Shown: positions 1-12,807, numbered from the stretch's first letter. The stretch: 64,000 nucleotides of DNA from Octopus sinensis (GCF_006345805.1 NC_043003.1:11408001-11472000); one strand, 5' to 3'. Notes: generated by a model not told the origin, from the sequence alone. Program-made: numbers and translations.

Positions 1-224
1 ACACACACACACACACGTATTGATAACTGATATTTGAATTATAGTGTTAGAATACACACACACATACATACATGTATGTGTGTGTGTGTGTGTGAATAAT
101 ATATATATATATGTATATATATGTGTGTGTATATATATATATATTTATGCATATGTGTGTATATATATATTTATGTGTGTGTGTGTATATGTGTATATAT
201 GTGTGTGTATATATATATTTATGC

Positions 225-258
<34 letters not shown>

Positions 259-321
259 TTTTTATGTATATATGTGTGTGTGTGTATATATATATATTTA
301 TGTATATATATATGTTGTGTG

Positions 322-354
<33 letters not shown>

Positions 355-555
355 GTGTATATATATATATTTATGTATATATATATATATATTTATGTAT
401 ATATATTTATGTATATATATGTGTGTGTATATATATATATATTTATGTATATATATGTGTGTGTATATATATATATTTATGTATATATATGTGTGTATAT
501 ATATATATTTATATATATGTGTGTATATTTTCATGTGTACATACGTGCATATATG
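1..555. repeat. Compound CA/TG/TA microsatellite
   Basis: Near-pure dinucleotide tracts; the Y/I/C/V-rich ORFs over it are artefacts. Confidence 0.95.
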
Positions 556-944
556 CTGCAGCTCTCTTTTAGATCTCTGTCTCTGTTCAGGGGATTTACC
601 ACCCACAGTAAACTTTGATAATGGTATGCCACCCCAGTGCATAATGTGCTTTGAGTACAAGGGTAGCAGGAACCTTGTAGCTTGGCTGTTCTTTTATATC
701 AGATTAAAATATTTATTCTCAGGAAAGGGCTATGACTTCAGTGTGTGCTCAAGTTAAAAGCTAACGAGCTAAATTATCTAGATGAGAGGCTTAACTTGGT
801 GATAAAGAGATAGACTCGGATTAGGTAAAAATGTTCTCAGATTTAAAATTCTTTAAACGTATGTAACCTGGAATTACTTTTTAAGAGTTTCAGAAGTGTT
901 TGTCTTTGTTTTTTCTTCCCCACCACTACCGCTTTTTTTTTTAT

Positions 945-1570
945 TTGATACTGCTTGTATTTTTTACTTGTTTCAGTCATTAGACTGTGGCCATGTGGGA
1001 GCACCATCTTATAGAATTTTAGTTGAACAAATCAACCCGAGCGTTTTTTGTTTTGTAAAACCTGGTACTTATTCTGTCCATGTCATTTGCTGAACCACTA
1101 AGCTATGAGGGATGTAAACACACCAACACCAGTTGTCAAGCAGTGGTGGGGGACAAACATGCATATACACGACAGGCTTCCTTCAGTTTCTACCTACCAA
1201 ATCCACTCACAAGGTTTTGGTCAAAGGTGGCGAGCTGGCAGGAACGTTAGCACGCCGGGCGAAAAGCTTATCGGTATTTCACCTGCTGTTACGTTGTGAG
1301 TTCAAATTCCGCCATGGTCGACTTTGTCTTTCATCCTTTCGGGGTCGATAAATTAAGTACCAGTTACGCACTGGGGTCGACGTAATCGACTTAATCCGTT
1401 TGTCTGTCCATATTTGTCCCTTCTTTCAGTTTCTGTCTACCAGATCCATTCACAAGACTTGGTCAGTCTAAAGCTGTCAGAGGAAAGCACTTACCCTAAA
1501 TACTGCACAATGAGAATGAACTCGGGAACACATGGTTGGAAAGCAAGCACCTTAACCATACAGCCATGCC
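945..1570 (-). mobile_element. CORE-type tRNA SINE, interrupted by a Meta-type SINE at ~1236-1415
   Basis: Family tail (ttttacttgtttcagtcatt..ggccatg), body (cttcagtttctacctaccaaatccactcacaagg) and degenerate head resume after the insert. Confidence 0.8.
1236..1415 (+). mobile_element. Meta-type SINE
   Basis: ggcgagctggcagaaacgttagc head, B-box-like gagttcaaattcc, central gtcgactttg(c)ctttcatcctttcggggtcgataaattaagtaccag. Confidence 0.85.
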
Positions 1571-1599
1571 CGTGCCAGTGTGTCTCGGTACTCTTATTC

Positions 1600-2200
1600 T
1601 CTCAGGACTCTCCGCATTTCGACACAAGCTAAAAACAGCGTGTCGGCTAATAAAGTGTGAAATATGAAGGCTGTTGTTCAATTTGTTTTTAAGATGGAAG
1701 CGTAGCAAATGAACAATCACTAACCGTGTTACGAAACAAATATACTGAATAAGATATTATTTCTTATTTCTTTAAAGTCTGGCAATTTTACGTCTGGGCG
1801 AAACGATTGAACAATCTGTCTAGACAAAAATAATATAAGCCTTGCTGCAAGGAAATCGCACAAGGGTGTCTTGTGTCGTAGATCATTTGGTACATTAACT
1901 ATATTAAGAGAAAAAGGAGAAAAATGAAGAAGAAAATTCTAGAAAACTGAAAGAACCCTTTGAAAAACAAACAGTGCAAAACAAACCGAAAATGCAATTG
2001 CTATTGTAGTATACAGCACTTTGGTGTTTTTAATGGAAAAATGGAACATCAGACATGTAGATAAAGAAATTGCATCTTTGATATTTTTTTTTTTTTACTC
2101 CATCCCATCCCAGTGCATCGTTGTTTTTTTGTGGTTTTTTTTTTTTTGGTTTTGTTGTATTTTTTATTTATTTATTTATTCATTTGTTTGTTCAGTGACA
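1600..2200 (-). other. Candidate 3' UTR of a minus-strand gene
   Basis: Non-repetitive, U-rich and A-run sequence on the minus strand, downstream of the candidate exon at 2628-2819; compositional inference only. Confidence 0.3.
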
Positions 2201-2264
2201 GCTCTGCAGCAAATACAGATGACTGAAGCAATTAAATGTATTAATTTTTGTTGACTTTGATAGT

Positions 2265-2625
2265 AGCAGTGGTGGTGATGGTAGTGGTGGTGATAATAGC
2301 GGTGGTGGTGGTGGTGGTGGTGGTGGTGGTGGTAGTGTGTATGTGTGAGTGAGTGTGTGTTGAGGGGGGAGCTGTATGGTTGTGTGTGTGGAGGGGCTGT
2401 ATGGTTGAGTGTGTGTGTGGGGGGCTGTATGGTTGTGTGTGTGTGTGGGGAGTTGTATGGTTGTGTGTGTGTGTGGAGCTGCATGGTTGTGTGAGTGTGT
2501 ATGTGTGTGTGTGGGGGGCTGTATGGTTGTGTGTGTGTGTGGAGCTGCATGGTTGTGTGTGTGTGGTGTGTGTGTGTGTGTGCGTGTGCGGAGCTGCATG
2601 GTTGTGTGTGTGTGGCTGTGTGTGA
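2265..2625. repeat. (GGT)n plus GT-rich minisatellite (ggagctgcatggttgtgtgtgt unit)
   Basis: Repeated ctg(t/c)atggttgtgtgtg units. Confidence 0.9.
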
Positions 2626-2627
2626 GC

Positions 2628-2819
2628 TTAGGCACTGTTTCTGCTTTCCTTCACCACGATTCCACTCTCCATTATCATCTTTAACTCTGGGAATACCAGA
2701 ACCGTTTGGCACTGCTGTAAACATTGTTTGTATTTCACTCGATTCTTGTGAACCGTCATCATTCTGTTGATAGGTTTCCTCTCTTCTCTTCCATGGCAAC
2801 CGTGGAATAGATCTGAGAT
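2628..2819 (-). CDS. Candidate (terminal) exon B of an unidentified gene
   Basis: Strong acceptor tgttctctctgctttgcctcag (AG at 2821-2820), alternative AG 7 nt downstream; two frames open (DLRSIPRLPWKRREETYQQNDDGSQESSEIQTMFTAVPNGSG.. and ..DLFHGCHG..VFPELKMIMESGIVVKESRNSA*); no homolog recognised. Confidence 0.4.
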   Translation of the reverse strand: MSDLFHGCHGREERKPINRMMTVHKNRVKYKQCLQQCQTVLVFPELKMIMESGIVVKESRNSA

Positions 2820-3142
2820 CTGAGGCAAAGCAGAGAGAGAACAATCATTGGAAAGGTTTTAGAACAGTAACTAAATTGCTTCTCTGTGTGTTGGGCATGG
2901 CTGAGTGGTTAGGGAGCTTGCATCCCAACCATGTGATTTTCGGTTTAGTCCCTATTGTGTGGCATCTTGGGTAAGCGTTTTCTCCTATGGCCTCAAAACT
3001 GGCTAATTGCCTTTTCAGTCAGTTCGGTATGGGAAAGCTGTGTGGAAACCCATTATATATATGTGATATATGTGAATGTGTGTGTATTTGTATACATGTG
3101 TGTGTGTGTATGTGTGTTTATATATATATATATATATATATA

Positions 3143-3735
3143 GGGGCAGGAGTGGCTGTGTGGTGAGAAGCTAGCTTCCCAACCCCATGGTTCTGGCTTC
3201 GGTCTGAGCAAGTATATATGTCATCATTCATGGCCGTGTCGTGAATAGTTTCCAGATTCAGTCCTGCTGCATGGCATCTTGGACAAGTGTCTTCTGCTAT
3301 AGCCTCAGGCCGGCCAAAGCCTTGCCAGTGGATTTGGTAGATGGAAACTGAAAGAAGCCCATCGTACGTATGTGTGTGTGTGTGTGTATTTGTGTATGTG
3401 TTTGTCCCCCTGACCATCGCTTGACAACCAATGCTGGTGTGTTTATACCCATGGGCATATGGCCTAGTGGTTAAGAGCGTGGTCTACTATCCCCAAGATT
3501 CCAAGTTTGATTACAGGCAGTGACCTGAATAATAATAATAATGATAATAATAATAGTAATATTGGTTAGTTCACATCCTTGTAACTTAGCAGTTTGGCCA
3601 AAGAGACTAATATAATACATACCAGACTTAAAAAAGGATGTCCTGGGGTTGATTTGTTTGACTAAACCCATCAAAGCATTGCCCCAGCATGGCTACATTC
3701 CAATGACTTAAGCTAGTTAAAGATGAAAGTTAAAA
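3143..3735 (+). mobile_element. CORE-type tRNA SINE with an internal insertion
   Basis: ggcaggagtggctgtgtggtgagaagc head; cttggacaagtgtcttctgctatagcc body; tail ending ccccagcatggc. Confidence 0.8.
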
Positions 3736-3893
3736 TATATAACAGTACAAATGAAACGGGTGATAAACTATTGAACTATAAACTCAAACATCATGAGTTC
3801 AAATCTGCCTTGGGCATTTTATTTTACTTATAAACAGATCACTTTTCTTGGTATATAGATAAGAATAGGCACCAAATTGGTTAGCGTTGTTAC

Positions 3894-3965
3894 CTGCATT
3901 ATAAGCCTTAGATGCTAACTCTGGGAATATCGGTTTTGTAATTTCTTCCATTTCCTATTACGCAA
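3894..3965 (-). CDS. Candidate 72-nt exon A (possible start exon MEEITKPIFPELASKAYNA)
   Basis: Acceptor tctttttctaatctttgcctcag and donor GCAG|gtaaca; stops in all three frames, but ATG in GGAAATGG opens a frame ending in phase 1. Confidence 0.4.
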
Positions 3966-4567
3966 CTGAGGCAAAGATTAGAAAAAGATTTTTCACTCCA
4001 TGTGATGGAGAAGGAATTTCCTTTATTTTTTTATTATGTTGCTGATTTAAAAAAAAAAAAAAAAAACTATCAGCTTTAAGCTAATTAAATGGATTTCTAT
4101 GGCTTGTTGGTTTTAATTTATTTTATTTTTAGTAAATATAATTTTTCTTGATTGTTTTGATAATTAGAAATAGTTGAGAAAAAAATAACAAAGTTATCAA
4201 CTTGACCAAATCAAATTAAGATTTAGCCTCAGGGTTCCGCTCACTGTTGGTTTCTTTTCTGTTTTGTTTTTTTTTGCTGATGTAAAAACTTGGAATTTAA
4301 AAAAGAACAAACAAAAAAAAGAAGAAAACCCAAAAAGGAATGGCTTCAAGATTCACCACCATTATTCAGTTTCTCTTAATCGTGTTTGCCTCAAACCCTT
4401 CAGTCATGCAAGGAACAAAACAACTCCCTCTCTCCTTCTCTCTCTCTCCTTCCCTTTCTTGCTCTCTCTGTCTCTCGTGCTCTCTCTCTATTTCTCTATG
4501 TCTCTCTAGTCTAGTGCTGATGCCACAATAAAGATCACCCACAAGTTTATATGATATGGTTGACATA

Positions 4568-4795
4568 GGGCGGCGAGCTGGCAGAAACGTTAGCATGCCG
4601 GGCGAAATGCGTAGCCGTATTTCGTCTGCCGTTACTTTCCGAGTTCAAATTCCACTGAGGTCGACTTTGCCTTTCATCCTTTCGGGGTCGATAAATTAAG
4701 TACCAGTTACGCACTGGGGTCGATATAATCGACTTAATCCGTTTGTCCTTGTTTGTCCCCTTCTGTGTTTAGCCCCTTGTGGGTAGTAAAGAAAT
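4568..4795 (+). mobile_element. Meta-type SINE, near full length
   Basis: Head to ..gccccttgtgggtagtaaagaaata tail. Confidence 0.9.
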
Positions 4796-5384
4796 ATATA
4801 TGATATGGTTGACAAACATAGGCAAACAATCTTATGACGGAGAAGCCTCTTCAGTTGTGTCAAATACATGGCAACCCTTCTAATGCTGGTGCAATGGTAA
4901 AATTGTCCCCAATACACTCTACAAAGTGGTTGATGTTAGGAAAGGTATCTAGTTGTGGAAACCCTGCCAAAAGTGGAATACACAAATAAGAAATGGTCCT
5001 TTTGATTCATCTTGGAGAGGATTAACTCTGAACAAGAACTGATATGGATCATAGCAACAATGATCCTGCTTCTTCAGCATATGAGCAAACGTAAAATAAT
5101 GATGGTTGACTCCTCATTTATTCTATCAGGGCAGTGGATTGGCTGAGTCTGTAGAGTATCTGCTGAAGTGCTTTGCTGTAATTGTTGTGGTTCTTTAGGT
5201 TTTGAGTTCAAATGCCACTAGTGCTTTGGAGGCATTCACATTGTCAATATGTATTTTATTATACATGAATGTCCTTGTGTTAATATCCACTTTTCTGTGC
5301 TTGTGTAGGTCTGATCGAATTTGTTGAAGTGAATTTTCTACAGCTGGATACCCTTCCTGTTGCCAACCCTCACCTGTTTCAATC

Positions 5385-5570
5385 ATCATCATTTAATGTC
5401 CATTGTCCATGCTGGCATGGGTTGGATGGTTTGACCAGGGCTGGTACACTGGAAGGCTGTGCCAGGCTCTAGTCTGATTTGGCATGGTTTTCTACGGCTG
5501 GAGGCCCTTCTTAATGCCAGCCACTCTGAGAGTGTAAAGGGTGCTTTTACGTGCCACTGGCATGAGTGCC
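5385..5570 (-). mobile_element. (GAT)n-tailed retroposon
   Basis: catcatcatttaatgtccattgtccatgctggcatgggttggatggtttgac.. family sequence. Confidence 0.8.
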
Positions 5571-5884
5571 ATTTGCGTGACACTGGTATCTACCACGACT
5601 GTGATTTTGCTCAGCTTGATGGGTCTTCTTCTCAAGCACAACATAATGCCAAAGGTCTTGGTCACTGCCTCCATGAGGGCCAACAGAGTGTTTATAATAA
5701 TCCTTTCTACTATTGGCACAAGGCACACACATATGACTGGCTTCTTTCCGTTTCTGTCAACCAAATCCACTCACAAGGCTTTTGGTTGGCTTCAGGCTAT
5801 AATAGAAAACGCTTGCTTGCCATGCAGTGGGACTGAACCCGAAACCATGTGGTCGGGAAGCAAACTTCTTACTGCCTGCACATG

Positions 5885-6180
5885 CATGTAAATTTTCTGG
5901 CTGTGTTCTCCCATTCAGTTGCTTTTACTTTCTTCTGCCGTTCTTCGTTGCCTTGGTGCTGCCAACATTTTCTGCAAACTTGCATTGAACAATAAGGAAA
6001 TATATTTCCTTCCTTCAGCTGCCATAACGTATTTGACAACCAATGGTAATGCACATCAGCTTTCTCCTTCTTTGTCAGCTGCTTTGAAGAGTTCTGGCAT
6101 CGGTTTGGAAATTCTGACAACCTTCATTTGAGCATCTCTTTCTTCCAGCTTCATCAATAGATTTTCCTCTCAACTTGGAA
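5885..6180 (-). pseudogene. Decayed purine-rich coding-like fragment, unidentified
   Basis: LMKLEERDAQMKVVRISKPMPELFKAADKEGES*CALPLVVKYVMAAEGRKYISLLFNASLQKMLAAPRQRRTAEESKSN* in one frame with one internal stop. Confidence 0.25.
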
Positions 6181-6771
6181 GATTTCTTTTTTTTTTTTTT
6201 TTTTTTCAAATATTAAAGTCAATAGTTCTTTAAATTCTCTTTGACGTTAGAATAGTTCCAAAATTGGTTCCTCCCTCCCCACCTCTTCTGTTATAATGCA
6301 TTTTGAAAAATTCTACGAAGTGACAACCTATCAACTGGGTGTATAAAGTGTAAATTCCTATCGATTTTCAGTGACCCTTTTTTCTTCTTTTTTAAAAAAA
6401 AAAAATTTATTTTTCATCCAAATACTTATTTTTCACACAACTGACTCTGCAATTTTGAAATAATATTTAGTTTCTAATTTCATTTTCTGATATCATCATC
6501 ATCATCATTATCACCGTCATAATCATCATCACCTCTACTACCACCACCACCACCACCATCATAATCACCACCATCCAGCACCATCATCACCACCAACATC
6601 ACCACCACCAACCATCTTCATCACCACCATCATCAATCATTGTCATCATCATCATCTTCTTACACCACTATGTCAAATCTCTTGTCTTTCTTTTGTTTCG
6701 GTCACAGGATTGCAGCCATGCTGGAGCACCTCCATGAAGGTCTTAGTTGACCGAGTTCAGTCCCAGTACTT

Positions 6772-6945
6772 ATTTATTATCCTGTGTGCGTAAGCGAAAG
6801 CAGGGTATTGTAATCACTCGGCTTTGTGTGTTTGTCTGTGTGTTTGCAAAATTCCTGGAAAATGGTTCAACAGATTTTCACCAAATTTGGCAGAAATACT
6901 CATTGGATGAGTGGCTCAAAATGATGAAAATTTGATTTGATTATC
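6772..6945 (+). mobile_element. Helentron/HINE (DINE-1-like) non-autonomous 5' fragment
   Basis: ttattatcctg..gcgtaagcgaaagcaggg subterminal hairpin, then gtttgtctgtgtgtttg microsatellite and 'caacagattttcaccaaatttgg' core, typical of HINE architecture. Confidence 0.55.
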
Positions 6946-7019
6946 TTCAAGTATACATAGATATGTGACTTCGTGTGTGTGTAGAGTAATGGATTTTAGC
7001 GTTTGATTTATTTATGAGT

Positions 7020-7420
7020 TCATCATCATTATCACCATCATTGTTTAATGTCTGTTTTCCATGCTAGCATGGGTTGGATGGTTTGACCGGGGTCTGAGAA
7101 GCCAGGAGGCTGCATCAGGCTCCAGTCTGATCTGGCAGGGTTTCCTAATGCCAAGCACTCTGTGAGTATAGTGGGTGCTTTTTACGTGCCATGCGAGGCT
7201 GGCAATGGCCACGATTGGTTGGTGCTTTTTACGGTCATGCAAATGGCACCCGTGCCACCTGTGCATCCATTATGCTCATGGAGTGGTTGGTGTTAGGAAG
7301 GGCATCCACTCTTAGAAAACTATACCAAATCAGACAGGATCCTGGCACAGCCTTCCAGTGTGCCAGCCCAGTCAAACCGTCCAACCCATGCCACCATGGA
7401 CAGTAGATGTTAAATGATAA
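7020..7420. mobile_element. Two (GAT)n-tailed retroposons in head-to-head inverted orientation (7020-7270 minus, 7283-7420 plus)
   Basis: ccatgctagcatgggttggatggtttgac (7060-7088) mirrors gtcaaaccgtccaacccatg (7371-7390). Confidence 0.75.
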
Positions 7421-7467
7421 TTTCTTCATTTCACTGGAATGTAAATACCTATAATGGTGATGCTTAA

Positions 7468-7688
7468 CCCTTTCATTACCAACCCAGCTGAAACCGGCTC
7501 TGGTTCTGAGTACAAATGTCTTATTTTTATAATGTTTGAATTAAAAATCTTCCACCAAACCTTAGTCACAATTTATGTTCCTAACACTAAATGAATGATA
7601 ACTAAATTATTTTACCAAATCTTTTGCTGTATTTAAAGTAATTGAAAGAATATCAGAGCACCTCAAAATAAATACAATAACGAAAGGG
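7468..7688 (+). mobile_element. piggyBac-type MITE, family 1
   Basis: TTAA|CCCTTTCATTA..TAACGAAAGGG|TTAA termini with TTAA target duplication. Confidence 0.85.
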
Positions 7689-9414
7689 TTAAAGAACAAA
7701 ATCTGTTTTTAATCGAACTCACAAATTTCCGATCAGCAAGTTTAGTCAAACCCTTCCGAAGCTTAATTCAGTTCAATTAAAAAACATGGGTAAGCAAAAC
7801 AATTTATTTACACGCAGGGTGTGCATCGCCCCCTCCGATACCTTTTTTACTATTAACTCTTTTTCGTACCCTATCAAACTCTTTTGCGAAACTGTTAAGT
7901 CATAGAGACACAAACAAACTCATACATGCACCCGTAGATACAGGATAGATATATATAGATATGTTCATCAGCTGTAAGCATATGGAATAAACCTCCACTG
8001 ACTCACCTCATGTCTCCCATCTTTTCTATTTATATACACATTCTCTCTACCATTGGATTGCTTGGATTTTCAGAACAATGCTAAGGTTAACCTAACCTCT
8101 ATCACAGGTCGTCCTTATTAGCCGCGCACCTGGCAGCAAGTTTAATGTGAAATCTGTTTGATTCTTTCAAACCCTATTACTACTATAATATGTGTGTGTG
8201 TGTGTGTAGGTATGTATGACTTGGAAAGGCCATTACACCAATAATAACACATACACTGGTTCATATCACTTTACTGTTAGTCAGTTGGTTAAATATCTAA
8301 CCAACTAATTAATTGATCATTTGATTAATGTCCTAGATATACATATACAATTACACACACACACACATTTCCTTTATTTCTTTTACTTGTTTCAGTCATT
8401 TGACTGAGGCCATGCTGGGGCACCACCTTTAGTCGAAACAAATTGATCCCAGGACTTATTCTTTGTAAGCCTAGCACTTATTCTGTTGGTTTCTTTTGCT
8501 GAGCTGCTATATATGTATGTTACTGAGCATATAACTAATACATTCCATGTCCTCATCCTCTTGTTGTTTGTTATTCTTATTTTTAATGTTTGATTTTTCG
8601 ATTTGACTACATATATGTGTGTGTGTTCTAATTGCTAATATGCCACACTTCTTAATTTGTTGTGTGATTTAATTAAGGATATATTAAGTATGTCTACCTG
8701 CTGGAAATAACAGTCAAAACTTATTTAAATCTCCAAAATACACTGATAATAACTACAGAAATCAACTGTCAGAAGGCAAAGGGGCCAAGACAATCTCCCA
8801 GCATACATTCAAGTATTTGATATTTTATATATGTATATATATATATGACAGGCTTCCACACAGTTTCTGTCTATCTGATTCACTCAAAGGCACTGATTGG
8901 CCCAGAGCCATAAGTAGAAGGTAGTTGCTGAAGGTGCTACACGGTGGGACTGAACCTGGAATCACCTGGTTGCAAAGCATTCACTTTCCTTTGCTTTCTC
9001 TCTCTCTCTCTATCTCTTCATATTTCTGTATTTGTCTTCTATTAAACCTTCTTGTCCTTAGCTCCTCCTCCTCTTCCCATTATCCCCTTCCCTCCTTGTT
9101 TTTTTCTTTCTACCCCACCCCCAAATTCCCACCCTTGGTTTCTCCCTTCAACCAAACATTTCCTGTCCCACCCCCTTTTCTCATAAGGTGACAGGGAAAC
9201 AGTATATTGACAGGGCTGTTTTCTAAGTACTATTTAGTTGGAAAAGAGCCTTATTGTGTAGCAGCAGATAAATATTTCCTGTGTGGGACGATGGTGGGAG
9301 GTGAAACCAACAAGGTGACATTACTGAGGCGGTGGGGGGAGGAAGAAAAAGAGGGAGAGAGAGAAGCAAATAGTGTTTGTATGTATAGGTATTTAGAGCC
9401 TTAAAGGTTTTGTG

Positions 9415-9785
9415 TTATTCTTTTATTTGTTTCAGTCATTTGACTGTGACCATGCTGGAGCACGGCCTTTAAGTCAAACAAATCGATCCCATGACTTATT
9501 CTTTGGAAGCCTAGTACTTACTTTATTGGTCCTTTTTGCCGAACTGCTAAGTTACGAGGATGTAAACACATTAACATCAGTTGTCAAGCGACGGTGGACA
9601 CAAACACACACACACATGCATACACGACAGGTTTCTTTCAGCTTCCATCTGCCAAATCCACTCACAAGAGTTTGGTCAGCCCGAGGCTATAGTAGAAGAC
9701 ACTTGCCCAAGGTGCGATGCAGTGGGACTAAACCTGGAACCATATGGCTGGTAAGCAAAATACTTACCACACAGCCAGTCCTGTG
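9415..9785 (-). mobile_element. CORE-type tRNA SINE, full length
   Basis: Complete head-body-(CA)n-tail match to other in-window copies. Confidence 0.9.
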
Positions 9786-9798
9786 CATATATATATAT

Positions 9799-9847
<49 letters not shown>

Positions 9848-9849
<2 letters not shown>

Positions 9850-10095
9850 TGGAGGCGCGTGGCTTAGTGGTTAGGATGTCAGCATCATGATCGTAAGATT
9901 GTGGTTTCGATTCCTGGACCGGGCAACGCGTTGTGTTCTTGAGCAAAACACTTCATTTCACATTGCTCCAGTCCACTCAGCTGGCAAACATGATTAACTC
10001 TGCGATGGACTGGTGTCCCATTCAGCTGTGAAACACATATGTCATGGAAACCAGGAAACTGGGCCCATGAGCCTGGGTAGGCTTTAAAAGGGTGC
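9848..10095 (+). mobile_element. Second tRNA-derived SINE family
   Basis: A box ggcttagtggttagg, B box ggtttcgattcc, then gttcttgagcaaaacacttcatttcacattgctccagt. Confidence 0.85.
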
Positions 10096-11309
10096 ATTTA
10101 TTATATATATATATATACATACACACACACACACACACACACAAACAAACGATGGGCTTCTTTCAGTTTCCATCTACCAAATCCACTCACAGGGCTTTGG
10201 TCGTCCCAAGGCCATAGTAGAAGATACTTGACCAAGGTGTCATACAGTGGGACTGAACCCAGAACCATGTGGTTGATAAGTAAACTACTTACCACACAGC
10301 CACTGCTGTGCCTGTAGCCACGAGACAATTCTGTTTCATTTCCTTCTGAATGGGTTGCTTTTGGCACTAGTGAGTGGATTGGTAGGTCCATCTTTTTGTG
10401 GGTAGATGTCTACTTCGAAGTGTGTGGGTATGCATATGTAGATCGGTATTGGTGTGTATATGTTTGTCTACATCCACCTGTGAATGCATACGTAGGTGTG
10501 TGTATACTTAGATCAATATTTGTGTGCATATGTGTGTGTGTGTATATCAACGTGTGAATGAATACCTGGGTGTCTGGGTATGTGGTCTACATGGGTATGT
10601 TTGGTTTTACATGTGTGTATGTATATAAGAGGTATATATAATTTTGCGCATGTCTGTAAGATTCTTTGTGAATCTTAATGTGTATGTGTATAATTGTATG
10701 TATGTATGTATGTATATATGTGCATATGTATGTATATATGTATATGTTTGTATGTATGTGTGCATGTATGTATATATGTGTGTATGTATATGAACGTATG
10801 TATCTATATGTATGTATGTGTGTATGTGTATATGTGTGCGCGTCTATGTACACACACATAGGTATTTGTCTAAACAAATCTTACCACACCCAATAATATA
10901 GAGAACCTGTTTCCATTCTTCCCTTCATTCTCTCTCTCTTTTTCTCACCTATCATTTTTATATATTTTTTTTTTCACCTTTTGTTCAGGGAAAGTTTGCA
11001 AATGGTTTGTTTATTCATCGACTTTTTCTCTATTTCTTTTTTCTTAGATTTTATTTTCTTACACCTGTTTTGACCCCACCCCACCACCACCTGCAACACC
11101 ACCAACCAACCAACCACTGCTAACAAAAATATCCTCCTTTTCTATGTATGTATGTTACCTGTTCAACTCATTTTAAAATTGATAACAACATAAATATATA
11201 ATTAACCAGCTATACAAATGCCATCTGTTTAGCTAGATTTCATGTGACACTGGGAACAAAATTTAAATTTCTTTTACTTATTATTATTATTATTATTATT
11301 ATTAAGACA

Positions 11310-11925
11310 TTCCGTCTGTTTTTATGTTCTATGTTCAAATTCCGTTGGTGTCGACTTTGCCTTTCATCCTCTCAGGGTCGATAAATTAAGTACCAGTGAA
11401 ACACTGGGAGCTGTGTGTACCTGATTAGTCCTCCCCCACAAAAAAAATTTCAGGCCTTGTGCCTTTAGTAGAAAGGATTGGTAGAAAACGTTAGCATGCC
11501 GGGCGAAATGCTTTGCAGTATTTCGTCTGCCTTTATGTTCTGAGTTCAAATTCTGCCGAGGTCGACTTTGCCTTTCATCCTTTCGGGGGTCACTAAATTA
11601 AATACCAGTTGCGTACTGGAGTCAATCTAATTGAGTGCCCCCCCCCCCCCAATTTCAGTCCTCGTGCCTTGAATAGAAAATATTAAAATTATTATTATTA
11701 TTATTAGGATAGCACACTAGCAGAATTGTTAGTATGCCATCAAAATGCTTAGTGGCATTTTGTCCATCTTTGTGTTCTGAGTTCAAATCCTGCTGAGCTC
11801 AACATGGGTCTTTCATCCTTTTGGGGTTGATAAAATAAGTACCAGTTAAGCACTGGGGTTGATGAAATTGACTTACCCACTCTCCACAAAGTTCAAGCTT
11901 TGTGCCTATAGTAGAAGGGATCATT
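11310..11925 (+). mobile_element. Three tandem Meta-type SINEs separated by (TTA)n
   Basis: Central ctttcatcct..gtcgataaattaagtaccag domain repeated three times. Confidence 0.85.
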
Positions 11926-11929
11926 GCTG

Positions 11930-12266
11930 AGATCCCCTTCGGCCATGACTGACCATGGGATTGGGCGTATAAAGTTCCCCTCCCGGGCACAAGTCTGAGC
12001 AAGGTTGTTTTATGGAAGACTAGCAGTCACCCATGCATACCAGCCTCTCCTCTCCACACCACTGATGTCATCCAAGGGAAAGGCAAAGGCCAATACAGCT
12101 TGGCACCTGTGATGTCGCATCTGATTTCTACAGTTGTGTGAACTGGAGCAATGTGATATAAAGTGTCTTGCTCAAGAACACAACATGCAGCCTGGTCTGT
12201 GATTCAAACTCACAACCTCATGATTGCAAGCTCGATGCTCTAACCACAGAGCCATGTGCCTTCACA
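11930..12266 (-). mobile_element. Second tRNA SINE family, long variant
   Basis: Matches 27541-27875, 37574-37885 and 44443-44766. Confidence 0.85.
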
Positions 12267-12501
12267 AAGGATCATTATTAAGGTATTATTAAAGTGATGT
12301 GCTGGCAAAATTGTTAGTAGCATTTCATCTTCTTTTACATCCTAAGTTCAAATTACACTGAATTCAACTTTGCGTTTCATCCTTCTAGGGTTGATAAACT
12401 GAGTCCAAGTTGAGTACCAGGGTCTGATGCAATTGATTAGCAAGCACCATCGCTTCAAAATTTCAGACCTTGTACCTGTTGTAGAAAAGATCATTATTAT
12501 T

Positions 12502-12690
12502 CAGTTCTATATTTAAGAGATGAGGAATTATGTACATTATTTACATTATTTACATTTGATGGATATTTGTCCTCATCTTGTTTGTTGTTAACACGTTTCA
12601 GCTGATACATCCTCCAGCCTTCATCAGGTGTCTTGGGGGATATTTTGAAACTGGGTTCTCATTCCTAAGGTATTTTTCAATGTTATTATA
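12502..12690 (-). mobile_element. Penelope-type short repeat (family HH-A), copy 1, in (TTA)n
   Basis: Homologous to 58925-59100 and 59144-59285; carries the CCTGATGAAGG..GAAACG signature. Confidence 0.75.
12586..12633 (-). ncRNA. Minimal hammerhead ribozyme motif (decayed)
   Basis: AGACAC-CTGATGA-A-GGCTG(GAGGATGTAT)CAGCT-GAAA-CGTGTT; G10.1-U wobble and apparent ~3-nt loss at the cleavage triplet. Confidence 0.55.
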
Positions 12691-12807
12691 ATTATTATTA
12701 TTATTATTATTATGCCATATGCCTGTGGGCATATGGCATAGTGTGGTTGGTAAGCAAGCTACTTACCACATAACCACTCCTGCGCATATATATATATATA
12801 TATATAT

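Noticed and set aside
44-757. 237-aa ORF and overlapping Y/I/C/V-rich ORFs
   Set aside because: Translations of a TA/TG microsatellite; the non-repeat tail ([12 protein letters not shown]) only vaguely resembles a BED/hAT finger and is too short to call.
8690-8730. Apparent 3-nt micro-exon ttatttccag|CAG|gtagac (minus)
   Set aside because: ctgctggaaata(a/g)cag appears to be a dispersed repeat fragment (related string near 21645), so the splice signals are probably coincidental.
9848-9920. tRNA genes in SINE heads (also 31240, 37574 and 44443)
   Set aside because: They have A and B boxes but no acceptor stem closure or Pol III terminator, and they continue into SINE bodies.
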